This document shows, one piece after another, positions 50,493-64,000 of a stretch of DNA of 64,000 bases; position 1 is the stretch's first letter, and every line of letters starts with the position of its first letter. The stretch is from contig MU058636.1 of the NCBI GenBank assembly GCA_013265495.1, positions 7,208,295-7,272,294 of the forward strand, in the 5' to 3' direction. The stretch comes from Vicugna vicugna (Eukaryota). The notes beneath the pieces are model-generated. The model saw only the letters and a list, made by a program, of their open reading frames with translations. It was not told where the DNA came from and made no database searches. The translations under genes and the position numbers were made by a program.

Positions 50493-53400
50493 TTATCTCA
50501 GAATGTACTCGAATCACGCCCTCTTCTGCATCTTGGCTCGAGGTATCCACCAACCTGCATCACCTCTCCTCCTTCTCACCCATTCACATTTATCTATTTT
50601 CCCAGATTTGATCAAATTTCACCTTCTGCATCACACTTTGTCTTTCTAAATTCCTCGGGCAAGTATTGTCTTGACCAAACGTTTGACACTCACTGCACAC
50701 AGGCCAATAGGTAACAACCTTTTCTGAGCATATTTCCCAAAACCTATACAAGTTCCACAATGCTAGAATCTGAACCTTTTCTGCATTTTCCAGAATGCCT
50801 AGCTGACTGTGGCACACATATTAGGGACATAGTAAACATTTCTTAAATTAATACAGAATATAATTATTGTAGATGATTATGTACTTTCTAAATAACAAAA
50901 AAAAAGAACTCTAAGCCAGTCTATAATACAAAAGAGTAAAAAAATTAAGGTATTATGAGTTAATATTTAAGAATATGATTTATGTCTTAGATATGATCAA
51001 ATGCTTACATCAGAGAAAGTTAATAATCTCTTGTACTCATATATTTAGCTACTCAGTAACCATTATTGTGGTCCAGTAAGCACTGTCATATACGGTATCT
51101 TTAGAATTTTAATTGTGGCTATAAAATTAACTTGCCTCTAAAACCTCTGCAGTTCAAATTTTACAACTGAGTTCTGTAGCCCCCACATGTCATTCAGGAC
51201 AGATGATCCAGCAGGGATAGAGAACATTATGTCAATGTATATATTTTTTAAAGTATTGCTATAAAAATATCTATCATCCAACTGATCATTTTCCCCACAG
51301 AAAACATTCAAAACAAAATTTTCCCTCAGAAGTGCTGTATCATAGATTTAAATCTGGGGCCTTTTCAACCATTTCTGAAAGGCTGTTTTCCTCTTTTATT
51401 CATCACAAAAAATTCCCACAGATCAAGCAAATAGGGTCTCTCCTTCCTAATGCCTATCTTTATAAAGTAAGATTGGTCTCAGCTTTGATGGTCCATCCAA
51501 ACTTAAGACTTCCCAACAGATTTATTATTTTATTAGTTATTTTGCTCACGGTTTGCTGCTTTGTTGAACCGACGTGAATGGACTTGCCGTAGAATCCCCA
51601 AGGGTTCCTCGGTAAGTTATCACTTCATTAAGAGCTCGTAAGAGAATCTGAAGCCTGCATTATCACATTTGGGTGCTAATTATCACAGGTTAGAGGTGAG
51701 CAAGCAATCTCTTGAGATTCTGAAGTTGACCAGGAATAACCAAATAGGGAGCTCTAATCTAGTTACTTAAAATACGGACCCAATGACGATGGCTATATTG
51801 CACGTGGGGCTACAGCCAACCAGCAGTGGACTGGGGGATGCTGAGAAACAGACGAACAACTGACCGGATAGCAGAACATAGAGACACGAACATAAATCTG
51901 TCCTGCACGGAAGGAACACTGTGCATCCCCACCTCAGACTGTAAGCCCTTGGTGATCACAGTGTTCTCAGGAGCTGTGAGATGAAGTGTGGAGACTTAGG
52001 AATGGTAAATCATGCCAGTGACCTCAGCAACTCAGGGGGCTACACACATAGCAGTTGGAGATCTCAGAGACATTAGTATCCATCGTGTTTTGGTGTCTGC
52101 CGTAGTACCAGGCATGCATGAATAAGAGACAGTGCTCGCCGGATCCCAAGGAAATCTGTTCCAACAAGGGATACCTCTCATGCATTTGGCTAGTGGCTTC
52201 TTCTGTTATAATGAAATGACACTCCCCCCCCCCCCACAGTACTCAGATGTTTGAAATCCTTCTTTCTGACATTAAATTTGGAAATCAGCGTAAACACCTG
52301 GGATGGATCCATCTGGCCGGTCTTTGCAACGTTAGAGCAGAAACACAGCTCGAGGAGTTAGGTCGGGAATGAAGTGAGACTGTGGATTGGAGCTTTACGT
52401 TGTTTCTGCCTGCCTGAGTCACCCATGTCTGTGTAATGCTTGCCTTGCCTGGTAGCTTTAGCCTAATCCTCTTGGAAGCAGCAGCAGGGAGAAGTCAGGA
52501 GAAGTAGCTTTTGGTCCTAGCTCAGCAGATTATGTGACCTTGGACACGTTTCCGAACCACGTCGAGCCCCCATTTCCCAGGCCGTAGACTGAAGGGGACG
52601 TACAGTGCGTCACTCCTAGGGAAACGTGCACCTATGAAATACTACGAATATGCTGAGTATCACCATCAATCTACTACAGTGGGTTATGTTTTTCTCCTAG
52701 CAAACAATAGACTTTCCAGTCTATGGATCAAAAACATTTCTGTTCTGCACTACGTGCAGGACTTGCAAGAGATGCACCTCGTTTAAGTTCCAAGGCAATG
52801 TTTTCTGTCGTGGCAGTAATTATTGGATTTAAGTAACTGCATTTTTCAGAGGCAAACGGTGACTGCTTTTGCTTTTTCGCTTTTCTTAATTTATTGCCAG
52901 CTGTCACAAACACTCTTCATTTCATTAATAAAAGAACATTATTGTGCATGTTGCCTTTGAGCCCATCCATTATTCATACCACCTAGGAGAATGAGCCGGG
53001 GATGCAGCTGTTGGGGCATTAATCTCAGAAACCCTCTCCTTTGCTCGCCCTCACTCTGTAGGGACTGAGTTACGACTTGCTTGCCACTTTGGAAATGTTT
53101 TGCTTGCTAGTACAATTAAACTGACACCTCGATTGATATATCCACCCTCCTCATTTATTTTGGCTTGCTGTCATTCTGATTATGGTTCTGTTTTGTTTTG
53201 CGTTAATATCCTTTTGGGGTCTCGCCAGCAACTGCACAGTATCTGGATCTATGAAACGGTAGTTCCCTAAAGCGAACATGACCATTTAAACGGCAAAAGG
53301 AGGCCTCCTGGAATGAAACCAGTGGCCTTGAAAGCTCCTGTCTGGGTGCCGCTCTCAACGTGGTCCCCGTTTCCCTGGGCGGAGCTGCTCCAGGCTTCTC

Positions 53401-54008
53401 CATCACTTCTTAAACACAAGCTCCTCCCACTGATCCGGTTCTTCACAGAACCCCACACTGGCCCAGCTCCGCAGGGGGTTTCTGGTGGCCCTCCCATCAC
53501 AGGGTTAAAATCACAGCCACCTGCTGAGCTCAGGTGTCTGGAGGGTCAGGATGGCACGCTGCCTCTGCCCCTCAGCCCCTGATTTTTTCACAGCTAAGCT
53601 TAGTTGCCATCTTGTTTGACCTTCATCCTGCTAGTCACCTAAAGGACAAATGCAGGCATAGTTTATCTTTAATAAAATCTGTGAAAATTTGGAACCTACC
53701 AAATAAGGAGGCAAGTTAAGGGGTAACTCCTTTTATCACAAAAACTATTTTTTCAGCTTTGTCAAAGGCTTCCTCTGGGGTTGCTATAGTGGGTTGCTAT
53801 CCTAGAGCCTCTCTGTGATTTGATTGTCCAAACTCTCATTTACCACAAACTCCTAACAAGCACATTTATCCTCAAAATCAAGGTTTCTCTCTACTAATTG
53901 TCCCTCCATTGGAAAGCTCATTCATTCATTAAGTTAACGGATAGTTATGAGATACCTACCACATGCCAGGCATTCCACTAAGTGGTGGTGATACAATTTT
54001 TAATAGGC

Positions 54009-54022
54009 CCACCAGGTGGCGC
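54009..54022 (+). promoter_or_regulatory. CTCF core motif
   Basis: CCACCAGGTGGCGC matches the consensus CCASYAGRKGGCRS at all positions. Confidence 0.6.
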
Positions 54023-54053
54023 CTTTTAATTTAGAACATTTTTTCCCCCAGAA

Positions 54054-54273
54054 CAGGTGTTGAGAAACTTTCTGGAAAGGCCAAACAGTTAGTATTTTAG
54101 GCTTTGCAGGCTATATGGTTCTCTGACAGACTGCTCCACTCTGCCCCTGTAGGGCAGAAGTGGCCACGGGCAATTTATAAATGAATGAATGTGGCTGTGT
54201 TCCAATAAAACTTTATTGATAAAAACAGGCCGTGAGCTAGATTCAGCCCACTGGCTGTAGTTTGCCAATCTCT
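54054..54273 (+). mobile_element. MER58A hAT-Charlie DNA transposon
   Basis: caggtgttgagaaactttct...attttaggctttgcaggc...gtggctgtgttccaataaaactttatt...gctgtagtttgccaatctctg. Confidence 0.85.
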
Positions 54274-54559
54274 GCCCTAGAGGTAACTTTTTAAGTTTAT
54301 ACTTCATCAAGATCTCAGGCTATTGATTAAGTAAAATTTAATGCCCCGAATTTATGGATAATCTACATAAAAATTATTCCAACAGTTTATCCCAATCTAA
54401 GCATCAAAAAAGTTCATAGCTCTACGTTAGTAACAAATGCTTTGATCTGGAGAGAGATCAGTTGTCACAGGAAAATCTGTCTCTTGCATGGAGTGGGTGA
54501 TTTTCTCTTGAAATAATCTTTTCTGGGTTCCTCCTTTGGGCTGGGTCTGTGAAGGAGGC

Positions 54560-54750
54560 ACTTTTGCACAGGCACCTCATTTAATCCTCACCTCAGATTT
54601 GGAAGGTTGATAATACTCTCTCCTTTTACAGATGGGGAAGCGGAAAATCAGAGAAGGACCATGTACCTTGCCCAAAGTCAACAGACAGGAAGTAGCACAG
54701 GCTGGATCCAAAACCAGGGCTTCACCAAAGCCACGGGCTCTCCATGCACC
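54560..54750 (-). mobile_element. MIR SINE
   Basis: ctcatttaatcctcac...ccttttacagatggggaagcgg...cttgcccaaagtca...ggatccaaaacc. Confidence 0.75.
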
Positions 54751-57249
54751 GAGCTGCCAGTCTTTAATCAGGTTTGCTTATCTCAATTTTCAAGACTTTT
54801 TAGTTTCTAGAAGTATATGTATTTGACTCATATTTGAATTTGACTTCAGTATATCGACATTAACACTCTTTCCTAATAGAACAATGGCGTGTCAATACTT
54901 ACGATTAATCTCTTTAAGCTGTATTCTTTCCTACACATTAATACCCAAAAAAGTCCAAATCCTATCAGTGACCATCACGGGGGAATAAATGGAGTCAAAA
55001 TAGGGCAGGAACAAGTGTGTAGAAAAGAGGGCAGGCGTCTTTTTAAATCATAAAGAGGGAAAGAAGTTTGGGCTGCAAGATTAAAACCAATACGATACCA
55101 CAGAATTTCCGATCAACACTGAATCACTATGAGTCTCAGGAAAACTTACAAAATTTCAGTTCAGTTTACCCCCATCAGTAAGTCTTAGGACACCGTGGCA
55201 ATTTCTCATTTCTAAGGATAACAAGTACGTTAAGTTTTAAAAAGACAAATATATATTGTTGGAATCCTTTCTTAAGGGGGCTCTGAAAATAAAATGAAGC
55301 AAAATAAAACCTCCAAGAGTGAGCAACCTGTTTGACTTGGTAAAACCCCACTGTGGTCTCACTAGCCTTGGGTTTGTCTCAGCCACCATCTGTAGGACTG
55401 TAACACAAGTGCTGCTACCCAGCCTCTTGGCCACTGGAGCATCACGGTACAGCTTCTCGGTATTTTTCTCTATAATCCCAGTTTGAGTGGTTTTGAAGTT
55501 TAAATCTATGCCTTTTCTATATGTTAAACTTTCTGTTACCCAGGGAGGCTCCAGCCGGGATGGGGAGGCTGGTTATCCTTTGCTAGAGCAGAGGCCTCTG
55601 CCCTTCCTTCCCGCAGCACCCCTGACACTCATCAGGGGCCCTTTCTTAAGGGCAGAGCAAAGCCAAGGCAACTTTCCCCAAAGCAACCTGCAGGGCATTG
55701 CAACTCGCTGTGTGCCTTTGGAACCCTCTTCCCACCATGTGGGGGATTCCTCTCTGCTTTCATGGGAACCCATCTTTCAGACCGACACCAAGTAAGATGC
55801 ATCTGACTGACCCCGTTCCTTTTGTCACCCGGGCACCACAGCATTTAATAGCCTCACGAGGACTGTGCATGCGGAGGTGCACTCTGCCTCGTTACTCACT
55901 GTTTCAGGATGGTGCCCCGTGCCCGAGTCCAGTATGCACATTTGAATCACGTCACGCCTGGGAACTCAGCCCCCCTTTAGTCCTAGCCCATCTCCACATT
56001 TTATCTTTATTTAGAGTTCTCAGCATATGCCTTGTTTTGATATTTGTTTCATTTAATTGGGTTCTGGCCGTTGCTTTGTCCTGCATGCAGAAGATGCAGG
56101 AATTCTTCTCCACGAGTTGTTGGGCATGGCTTCTGCCACAGTGACAGCTTCACTCGGGAGAGGAAGAGATGTGTGTGAATGCATCCCCTTAGAATAAGGT
56201 TGCACTTTTAGGCGGAGGATATAACGAGATGTGAATGTTTTCCAGGGGCTTGTAGCCCAGCCATAAGAGGGTGGAATGGCCCAGGCAGCCCATTCCTGGG
56301 AGAGGGTCTCCTGGACTCGGCGACAGAAGCAAGTCTCCTGGAAAAAGAAGCCATGCAGGACGCTGCTTCCCTGGTTACAGCCTGTAAGCATTTTTCTGTT
56401 GGAGGCAGGAGAATGAAGGAGAGGAGGAGAAGCGTGGTCCCCACCATTTCTCCACCATCACCAAAAAGCCTGCTAAGAGGGACCTGCCAATTCTGAGCAC
56501 CCCGAAGACACGTTTCCCCAGCTTCTGCCCTGACATGAGCTACTTTACAAAATGCAAGCGCATCTCCCAAGTGTTCTGCTCAGAGCAGTGAAAACAGCCA
56601 CGAGCATTTGTAAACACAACAATTGAGAGCGGGGATGTTTCGTCCGCAATGATTGTTTGTGTTCGAAAGTTGGCTGCCACCGTGGTTAGACAAATGCTCC
56701 CACTTCCGTGGAGATAAAAGGCAAGCATTTGCGATCAGTGAGGAGTGTGTGTTCGTTCCAGGGCTAAATGGCATTATAAAACTTCCTAATTAAGCATATA
56801 CGCTGAGGAGTTTTTAGCATCATTCCTCCAATTTAGCTTTACATACTGGGTGTGCTGTTTAGTACACATTAACTATAAACATTGTTGTTACTGCCCCCAG
56901 CTGGAAAACAGAGCAGTTTATGTGTAGAAGAAAAAGGAGATGATCTCCCATCTGCTCCTGCCCATTATTCAGGGACGTGGCATTTTGTCTGCTGATGGGA
57001 ACCATCACTGGGATTTAGTCAAATGGCCTTTTTATACTTGGTTACTTTTATTAATTATTGTGTTTATGTGGTGTTTTGCACTCACCCTTAAGCCTCCAAA
57101 CTGACTAATTTTTCAGAGGTTTTTTTTTTTGAAATTAATTTATACGAGTAATTTGGGTTATCAAAAGTGCACAACTATAGACATATTTGATGCCTATTTT
57201 TAATTGTATATCACCTTTCCTCGTATATGTTTGCTTAATATGCCTGAGG

Positions 57250-57545
57250 TTAGGAGACATACAACTGAAAAAGCACGGAGCATGATGTGAGTTGATCTAT
57301 ATAAAGAACAAAACCAGCCAAAGCTAATGAATGCAGATAGACTCCAGGTCAGTGTTTACCCTCAGGGCTATGTGACCCTCCCTGGAAGGGCGCTGGGGGG
57401 CGGGGGTCCTCTGGGGGTGCTAGAAATGTTCTGTGCCTGAGCTGGGTGCTTGCGACAGGGGTGTGCTCAGTTTGTGAAGATTTGCTGAGACAGGCACTCA
57501 CATGCATTCTTCAGAATGTATATTATCTTTCAGTAAAAAGTAAAA
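57250..57545 (+). mobile_element. L1M 3' end
   Basis: aaaaccagccaaagctaat...ctgggggtgctagaaatgttctgtgcc...ctcagtttgtgaagatt...tgtatattatctttcagtaaaaag. Confidence 0.7.
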
Positions 57546-57947
57546 GGTGGACGGATCGTCTTCCATGTAAAAAAGTCAAAAAGAAGAGTCTGCACAAAGG
57601 CAGGTCATGACTGGCCGCCCCCTACCCCCCAAAAAAGGTTAAAAATAAAATGGAATTCTTTCTACATCGATAAAGCTCATTTACTAGGTAAATAAAAGGC
57701 AGGGGTGCAACTCCTACATGCGGACCCATCTAGAAGATACAAATAACCTTCTGTGTCAAACTGACTCTAAAATATTGTTTGAAGTTTGGGTATTATCATG
57801 CTTTCAGTAGACTTAGAAAGCATCATGATCTTAGATATTAGGATTCTGTGTCAGAGGTTGGACTTTTTTGCTTCCCTAAGGCCTTTGATTCTAGTGTCTA
57901 ATTGTAGAAAAAAACTGAGTAATATTTGGGGGTTAAAATTGTGTTTA

Positions 57948-57995
57948 TTTTCTTCCTTTCTCTTTCCTTCCTTCCTTCCTTCCTTCCTTCCTTCC

Positions 57996-58052
<57 letters not shown>

Positions 58053-58132
58053 TCTTTCTTTCTTTCTCTTTCTTTCTTTTCTTTCTTTCTCTCTCTCTTT
58101 CTTTCTCTCTTTCTCTCTCTCTCTCTTTCTTT
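57948..58132. repeat. Compound (TTCC)n-(TTTC)n-(TC)n polypyrimidine microsatellite
   Basis: ~185-nt pure pyrimidine run. Confidence 0.97.
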
Positions 58133-59162
58133 CAGTTTAGTCTATTCCGTGAAACAGCATGAGGCAGCCACTATACTACTGCAGACAGGCAAGATCATTT
58201 GGGGGAAACAAATGCCAAACCCAGTGGAATTTTTTCTTAGCAAACGCTCAGATGTGGAGCTTTACCTGGAGATCATTTCAGAAACATTAAGATGGAGGAG
58301 AAGAGTTGCCTAGGACTTCTCAGAGTTCATGTCTCAAACCATCAAAAACCATCCTGCCTGTGGAGAACTTAAAGAGACACAAACAATGCCCCTGGAAGGA
58401 AATGCCAGGGCGGCTGACTGGAATAGACAATGATTGGATAGAATTCTTAACCCAGTTTTTAAAAAAAAGAATCGATACCTCCCATAGTCCCTTTTGCTTG
58501 AGCCAGCTAAGTGATCTGACAGTTACAAAATATCAAAAAATAAATTCATGCAATAGCTAGTACAGAAAGGGATTTCCAGGGGGAGAGAAGTAACAATCAA
58601 ACAAAAACAAAACAAAACAAAAAGGTGGAGAATTGGAAAACACAAGCTTACCAACACACACAATGCATTCTATAGCTCGCTGTGCTCGGAGGAGCTTCTA
58701 GGACTAAGGTGTAAATGCATTGTTTCATCCATCTAATAAGGTCAAGGTCGGGCTTGATGATTTTAAAATGACAGTATATACGTCTAGAGAACATATACTA
58801 AGGTACTAATGTTCTCCCATTTGTTAAGGGACAGAAGAGCACTAGAAATCATTGTTTAATCAGCAACATCAGGAAAATGCTTTGACATTAACACTAAATA
58901 TACTGTCCTTTTAACCGTAAGGAAAATTGATACTGAGCATGTGCAATGGAAAGAAAGCTGGCAAATGTCAGTGTGAATAATGGGTGAAAAAAAGGAATGA
59001 GGGGGTGTGGCATCTCAATCAAGATTAAAATGAAACTGATAAAGCAGCATATGGACTGGATAACAAATCAAAAGCATGTTTATCCACTGAAGAAACTGGT
59101 TAATGGAGACTGCCAGCACGTTGCCATGGAAACACTGACTGTTGAGCTGCACCATCTCATAC

Positions 59163-59236
59163 CTTATCCAATACATTCCTGGTTGTTGGTAGTAGTCCAA
59201 AGACCCTGATCTCTTGATGGTAAACCCGTGGTCCAG
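59163..59236 (-). CDS. DCLK1: DCLK1 alternatively spliced 74-nt penultimate exon (LDHGFTIKRSGSLDYYQQPGMYWI+R)
   Basis: Translation matches the recalled DCLK1 C-terminal variant ...[43 protein letters not shown]. Acceptor ccatttctctctgctcAG (AG at 59238-59237), donor AG|GTatga (GT at 59162-59161). 74 nt is not a multiple of 3, so inclusion shifts the frame of the last exon. Confidence 0.97.
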
Positions 59237-62015
59237 CTGAGCAGAGAGAAATGGGGGCAACTCAGTGGATCGACATTGTGCTAAAGGATTATGACTCCAG
59301 ACCAAGCTGATCTTCATTGACTATATACGTATATAGAGTTACGATGCCTCTTGTGCAGGGTGACTAGCTAACATCCTAGATCTGCACATGGAAAATAAAA
59401 AAGGCAAGAAAAGACACTAATCCCTCATGAATAGCTCGGAGGCCAATTTGTTAGAAAAGATCTAATTTTTCAAACAAGTTTTCGAATGCACATTTAATAA
59501 TATCCTCTCAATTTCAAAAGATGTACACCCCTCTTCATATTCTAAAGCAATGAAAAACGCTTTACAATAAAGTGCTGAAATCAGTGTTCGCCTCCTAAGA
59601 GAAAGCAGATTGGCCCACCCCAAATCTTACCGCATCAAGCTTAAATTTGAGGGCTTCATAAATATGAAATAAAAGGTGGAAAGAATTAGATTTTAAACTC
59701 CTATAAATCACAACAATTTGGATTTCTTTCACTAAGAGTTAATTTTCAAAAGTGGAGCTACTCTTAAAGGTGAATCAGTTACATTTACGAACCAAAATGA
59801 TGTAGTATAGAACAGTAAATCTTCTCTGAGGAAATACAGAAAATAAAATGAAAAGCTTTTCACTGTATGTTAAAAATGCATATGTACAGTTACGTGCTTA
59901 CGATTAACAAAAGGTACAATAAATAGAAGACAGGGTAAATTCTCAAGGTGGTTCCTCCTGGAATAAGATGTTAGCCTTTGGCTACCTAGGAATAAAAGAT
60001 TCAATCCCCAAATTTGAAAAACAATAATCATGCCGTATGCCCGCTCCCCAGTTCTGCCCCTGAGAGGATGCGAGTTGACCACCTTTCTTTCTGGAGAGGC
60101 TCATGAGTGCTTTCAAGTGTGGTGCCGGCATGATGTGATGACAGTTTCCACTGCTAAATTCACAAAGGCATTTCAAAAACATGCCAAGGCACCAAGCGTT
60201 TAAAAAAAACTGCTCAGGAGATTTGGTATTCTGGTTATAAACTAGGCTATGCCAGTGTTCATGGAACGACAATGTCAGATTTTAATCTTTCTTTAAAAAT
60301 GTAAGTTCATTTTATTTAGGGAAAAAAAAAATCGAAGTACAGTTGCTGTTAGGAAGACGAAGGCCTGCATTTCTGTTTCAGCCCAGGGATGGCTACTTCG
60401 TAACTAGCTCTCTATTGCCACCTACAGGCGAAGAGTCTCATAACACTGCATTCGGGAGTGCCCTGGTGCAGAGGTCTCTGGCTTTAGAAAGAAGCTTCCC
60501 ACTATCACAATTATTTGCACACTGATTGGTATGGATTTGTCCAATTAGACTGAAATGCTCTATTTGCATGAGCAAAATGCAAAAGAAGGACTTGAAAGCA
60601 TTAGGAAAATTATCGGTTACAATAATAAACAGCATTAAATGAGGAAAAATAAATTGGAACTGACATCTGAGTCATCGGTTCTTCATCAAGCTGAGCAAAT
60701 CTAATAAGGCCCCCCTCCCGTCCCTTAGCTCTCAAGAAGTCCGCCGTTAAAATGTCATCTCTGATTCCATTTTATGTCTTTAAATTGCGTTTTAATAACC
60801 TTTTGTTTCCCTTCCTCTGTTCCGTTCTGGTTTTCTTTGGTATGGTTTGAACGCCCCGGCTACTGGGAAAGGTAGTGGAGGGACGACGGCGTCCTTCCGA
60901 GGGCAGAATTTTGCAGTTACAAGGACAGCGACGAGTTTCCTTCCACCTCATCACGCCACCTGACCTAAACGTCAGGCACCTTTCCTCCTTCGAGAGGGGC
61001 CCTAGGAGCCCAGTGAGCCCCCAGCTGGTAATTGCTCTCCTCGCCAACTCAAGGACCTCAATATAAAGTTATCATTTGTCCTTTCTTTGGTCTTCATAAC
61101 GGAGGGGGTGGGAAGCAGAGAAGAAAAAAAAATGACAACATGAACAAAAAACTTTAAGGTTCAGAACCATGAATACATGTTAAACTATGTTCATGTCATA
61201 AATTACACCTGTGACGAGAGCCGATTTGTTATGACAGCATGCTCTTTTTCCTCTGTCACTTGGGGAAAGAAAAAGTGTCATGAATTCCTTTTTGAGCAGA
61301 TAGTGACGTTTTTAACGATGGAAAGAGAATTACCAGTTAAAGACTAATGACTTAACTACTGATTTCCTGAAAAGACAAGCTGATTGATACTACATGCTAA
61401 ATAGTATATGTATTTTTTAATTTGGAAGGGTGTATATAATTTCCAAAAAAGCAGTCCTATAATAGAGGCAATTCAAAATAAAACATATCATTTGATAGCC
61501 TCTGGAGAGAGCATACATGCCCATGGGAAAAAAATTCTGTCTGAATGAAATTTATGCTGAAATCGGTTATTTCCCCCATATCTATCAAATGGAAGTCGTT
61601 ACAGTATTACATGAATTACAGAAATTTCCATCATGTGTGTGAATTAATAATTACATTCCATTATCAAATTGTCAAATAATCTTTATAGAACCCACCATCT
61701 ATGAAGGCTATTCCTTCCATCTCTCACTTCTGCTCTGTCTTACAGCAGAAGATCATTCCTTTGAAATTATACTTTAGTTTGAATTGGAATACTATTTAAA
61801 GCCAGGGCTCCTTTGGTTTGTGATGGTCCCCTGGGTCTTAGTCTTTTAAGAGTGGGAACATGGTGATGGAGTATATATTGCCTTATCCAGTGCTTATCCA
61901 GTGAAAGGTAATTACAAAAGCAGCCAAACTGGCTGGTTTCTAACTTGCAGCCCCACTCTGCACCTGGTGACCTACCCCAGGTTCTTAGGGAGGGTGTGGA
62001 CATTTATAAAGGAGA

Positions 62016-62175
62016 GATACACAAATGCATATATTACGGTAGATGATGCGTAAGTGCATATATTATGGTAGACGATGCATAAATGCATATATTACAGCAA
62101 AAGATGCACAAGTGCATACATTATGTTAGATGATGCATAAATGCATATATTACAGTAGAAGATGCATAAATGCAT
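62016..62175. repeat. 29-bp minisatellite, 5.5 copies (GATGCATAAATGCATATATTACAGTAGAT)
   Basis: Units start at 62016, 62045, 62074, 62103, 62132 and 62161, with no indels. Confidence 0.93.
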
Positions 62176-64000
62176 GCTTTTATTATAGTAGACCAGCTTC
62201 TCCTGAAACACCCCCTGAAATTTACAGCAATATTCTCTTTCAGGTTTGAAACACCGATAGCGGTCAACATGTGAATTGTACTTCACAGCCGACAAAGCAT
62301 TTTTTCAGATATTTCTCCAAAAAGTCAATTATTCCAAGTCTGAGTTGAGTTGATTACTTTTTTCCAAAACTTTGTCGTGGATAAAGAGATTAAAGAAGCA
62401 CACAACTAATGCACAACTCAGCATCGCACAGCCCATTTTACTGTCTATAAGTGTATTACCAGTTGGTACAGTTTCCATGGAAACACATTAGTGATGAACT
62501 GAGAAACTGATGATAAATTAAATTGCATTCAAGATGGTCCAATCATGATATTCAGAGGGAAAAAAAACAGTGGACCTTTAATCTTCAGATACTAACTGGG
62601 GAGTGGGTTTTTTTTTTTTTTGAGCTCTACTTAGATGAAGTTTTAATAAACTCACATGGATTAGGTTTCAAAATTTATCCAGGTTTGATTAAAGTAGGAT
62701 TTCCCCTCCAATCCGTGTTGTCTGTCTATTGGAGAATTGCCCTGAAATTCCTGCTCTTGGTCACTAGAAGACTCCCAGAACACTGTGAACAAAGCGTACT
62801 GGGCAACCAAGGCAAACTTAACCAAAGACTAATAAAAATAAAAGACCAGGAGAAACAAAAACAAACCCCAAGATGACAGAGGTGGAAAAAGCACCTCTAG
62901 CAGCTGTGAGCCGTCGGCAAGAGCAGAAAAGCAGTCCTTTCCATGGACAAGCGTGCTGGCAGTCCACTCCACAAGGAAAGGGTGGGACCAAACGTTCTGG
63001 AATAGGCTTAAGTCTTAGATGAATGATGAAAACAGAGGATAGCATGTCTGATTTTGTTAAGAAACATCACGAGACTGTTACTTTCAAAAATTCCTGACTG
63101 CATGTTAGCTGATAACAAAGAACACTGACGATCTGTGAAGACATGGACTCTGTACTTCTGCACTGAATTTCCTAAGAGAGAACTAGAGAGCTGGGGGCAG
63201 GTGGGGCAAGAAGGACCACTTGCAGTGTTAAATCCCCAGCAGCCCGGAGGGGGCTTGGGGAAGAGAGTGCATTCTTTTTAGTGCTGTCAGGGTCCTCAGG
63301 AGCCGGTTACTCAGACTCACGTAACTCCCTGCTGACAGGGTTCAACTCCAAAACAAGAAATGCAAACAGTACGAGAGCGTGCATGCATGCATTTGTGCCA
63401 CCTGCACATTCTGGCAGCGCCTATCGAATATTCAGTAACCCAGATCTTGGATTGGTTGTACTGTATTTTGGTTGTCACTTATTTATCTTTAGCTTTATGT
63501 GGAGTTCTAGCACAACCGAGAAAGAAAAAGAGGAAGAAAAGCAAAACACCCGTAGAAACAGATAAATATTCAGTATTGCTGACGAGCACGACATCTGTTT
63601 AGTAGCATAAATATTTCTCAAAATTCGACAGTGTAGTGTCTAAGTTCTCGGTTTAAAGAAGAAAAACAGCTCCAGTGATTTCACATTGACTATGTTAAAA
63701 TGTTCATACTCTGATAAAAGGAGGAAATTATTAAAAACTCAAGTAATCTGGGACCTGAATATATTTACTCTAGAATATGACACCAGGAAGTATGAGGTTT
63801 CATTATTTCTCTGCCCAATTTAATCTTTGCCTAGAGCTGCTATCAAATTGCATGTAGAACATGTCTGCATGTATGAAACAGGGAAAAAAAAAAAGCCTTG
63901 TGCACCCGCATCAACAAAATGTTCCAAGACTCTCCGCTTTAAAAACACAAATTGCTAAGGAGCAAGAAATCGTGATTTCTCTGCATGCTCACAACAATTC

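Larger units (their letters stand above)
46238..59162 (-). other. DCLK1: DCLK1 last intron (GT...AG)
   Basis: Lies between the donor at 59162 and the acceptor at 46238. The upstream intron (59237-64000) continues beyond the window; I did not find the preceding kinase-tail exon. Confidence 0.9.

Noticed and set aside
57786..58313. 175-aa F/L/S-rich 'membrane protein' ORF
   Set aside because: Translation of the TTCC/TTTC microsatellite.
59321..59336. 16-bp palindrome CTATATACGTATATAG upstream of the alternative exon
   Set aside because: Largely a (TA)n-derived palindrome, expected by chance, with no further support.
62016..62175. CRISPR-like array of ~29-bp repeats
   Set aside because: Units are head-to-tail with no unique spacers, in a mammalian intron; it is a minisatellite.

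Overview
Mammalian genomic DNA, most likely camelid (a Vic-1-type tRNA-derived SINE sits at ~48.4-48.6 kb). The right ~24 kb is the 3' end of DCLK1 (doublecortin-like kinase 1) on the minus strand. It comprises the 74-nt alternatively spliced penultimate exon (59163-59236), a ~13-kb last intron, a terminal exon read in two frames (from 46237 downwards) and a ~5.9-kb 3'UTR with candidate proximal and distal AATAAA signals. The left ~40 kb appears intergenic: old L1/L2/MIR/MaLR/DNA-transposon fragments and a full-length processed RPSA pseudogene (13561-14569). The most interesting unexplained signal is a set of four long-range complementary helices in the DCLK1 3'UTR. Apart from two single-nt bulges in helix 1, their non-Watson-Crick positions are G·U pairs only on the mRNA strand, and two of the helices share a UUAACCYUYUGAG / CUCARAGGGUUAA motif that allows alternative pairing. 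Also notable are a perfect 360-bp tandem duplication in the distal 3'UTR, a 163-bp unique segment copied 4.9 kb away into an L1, and a 29-bp minisatellite with a dimeric higher order. Repeat family names and boundaries are recognised by eye and are approximate; almost all ORFs in the six-frame track are spurious.
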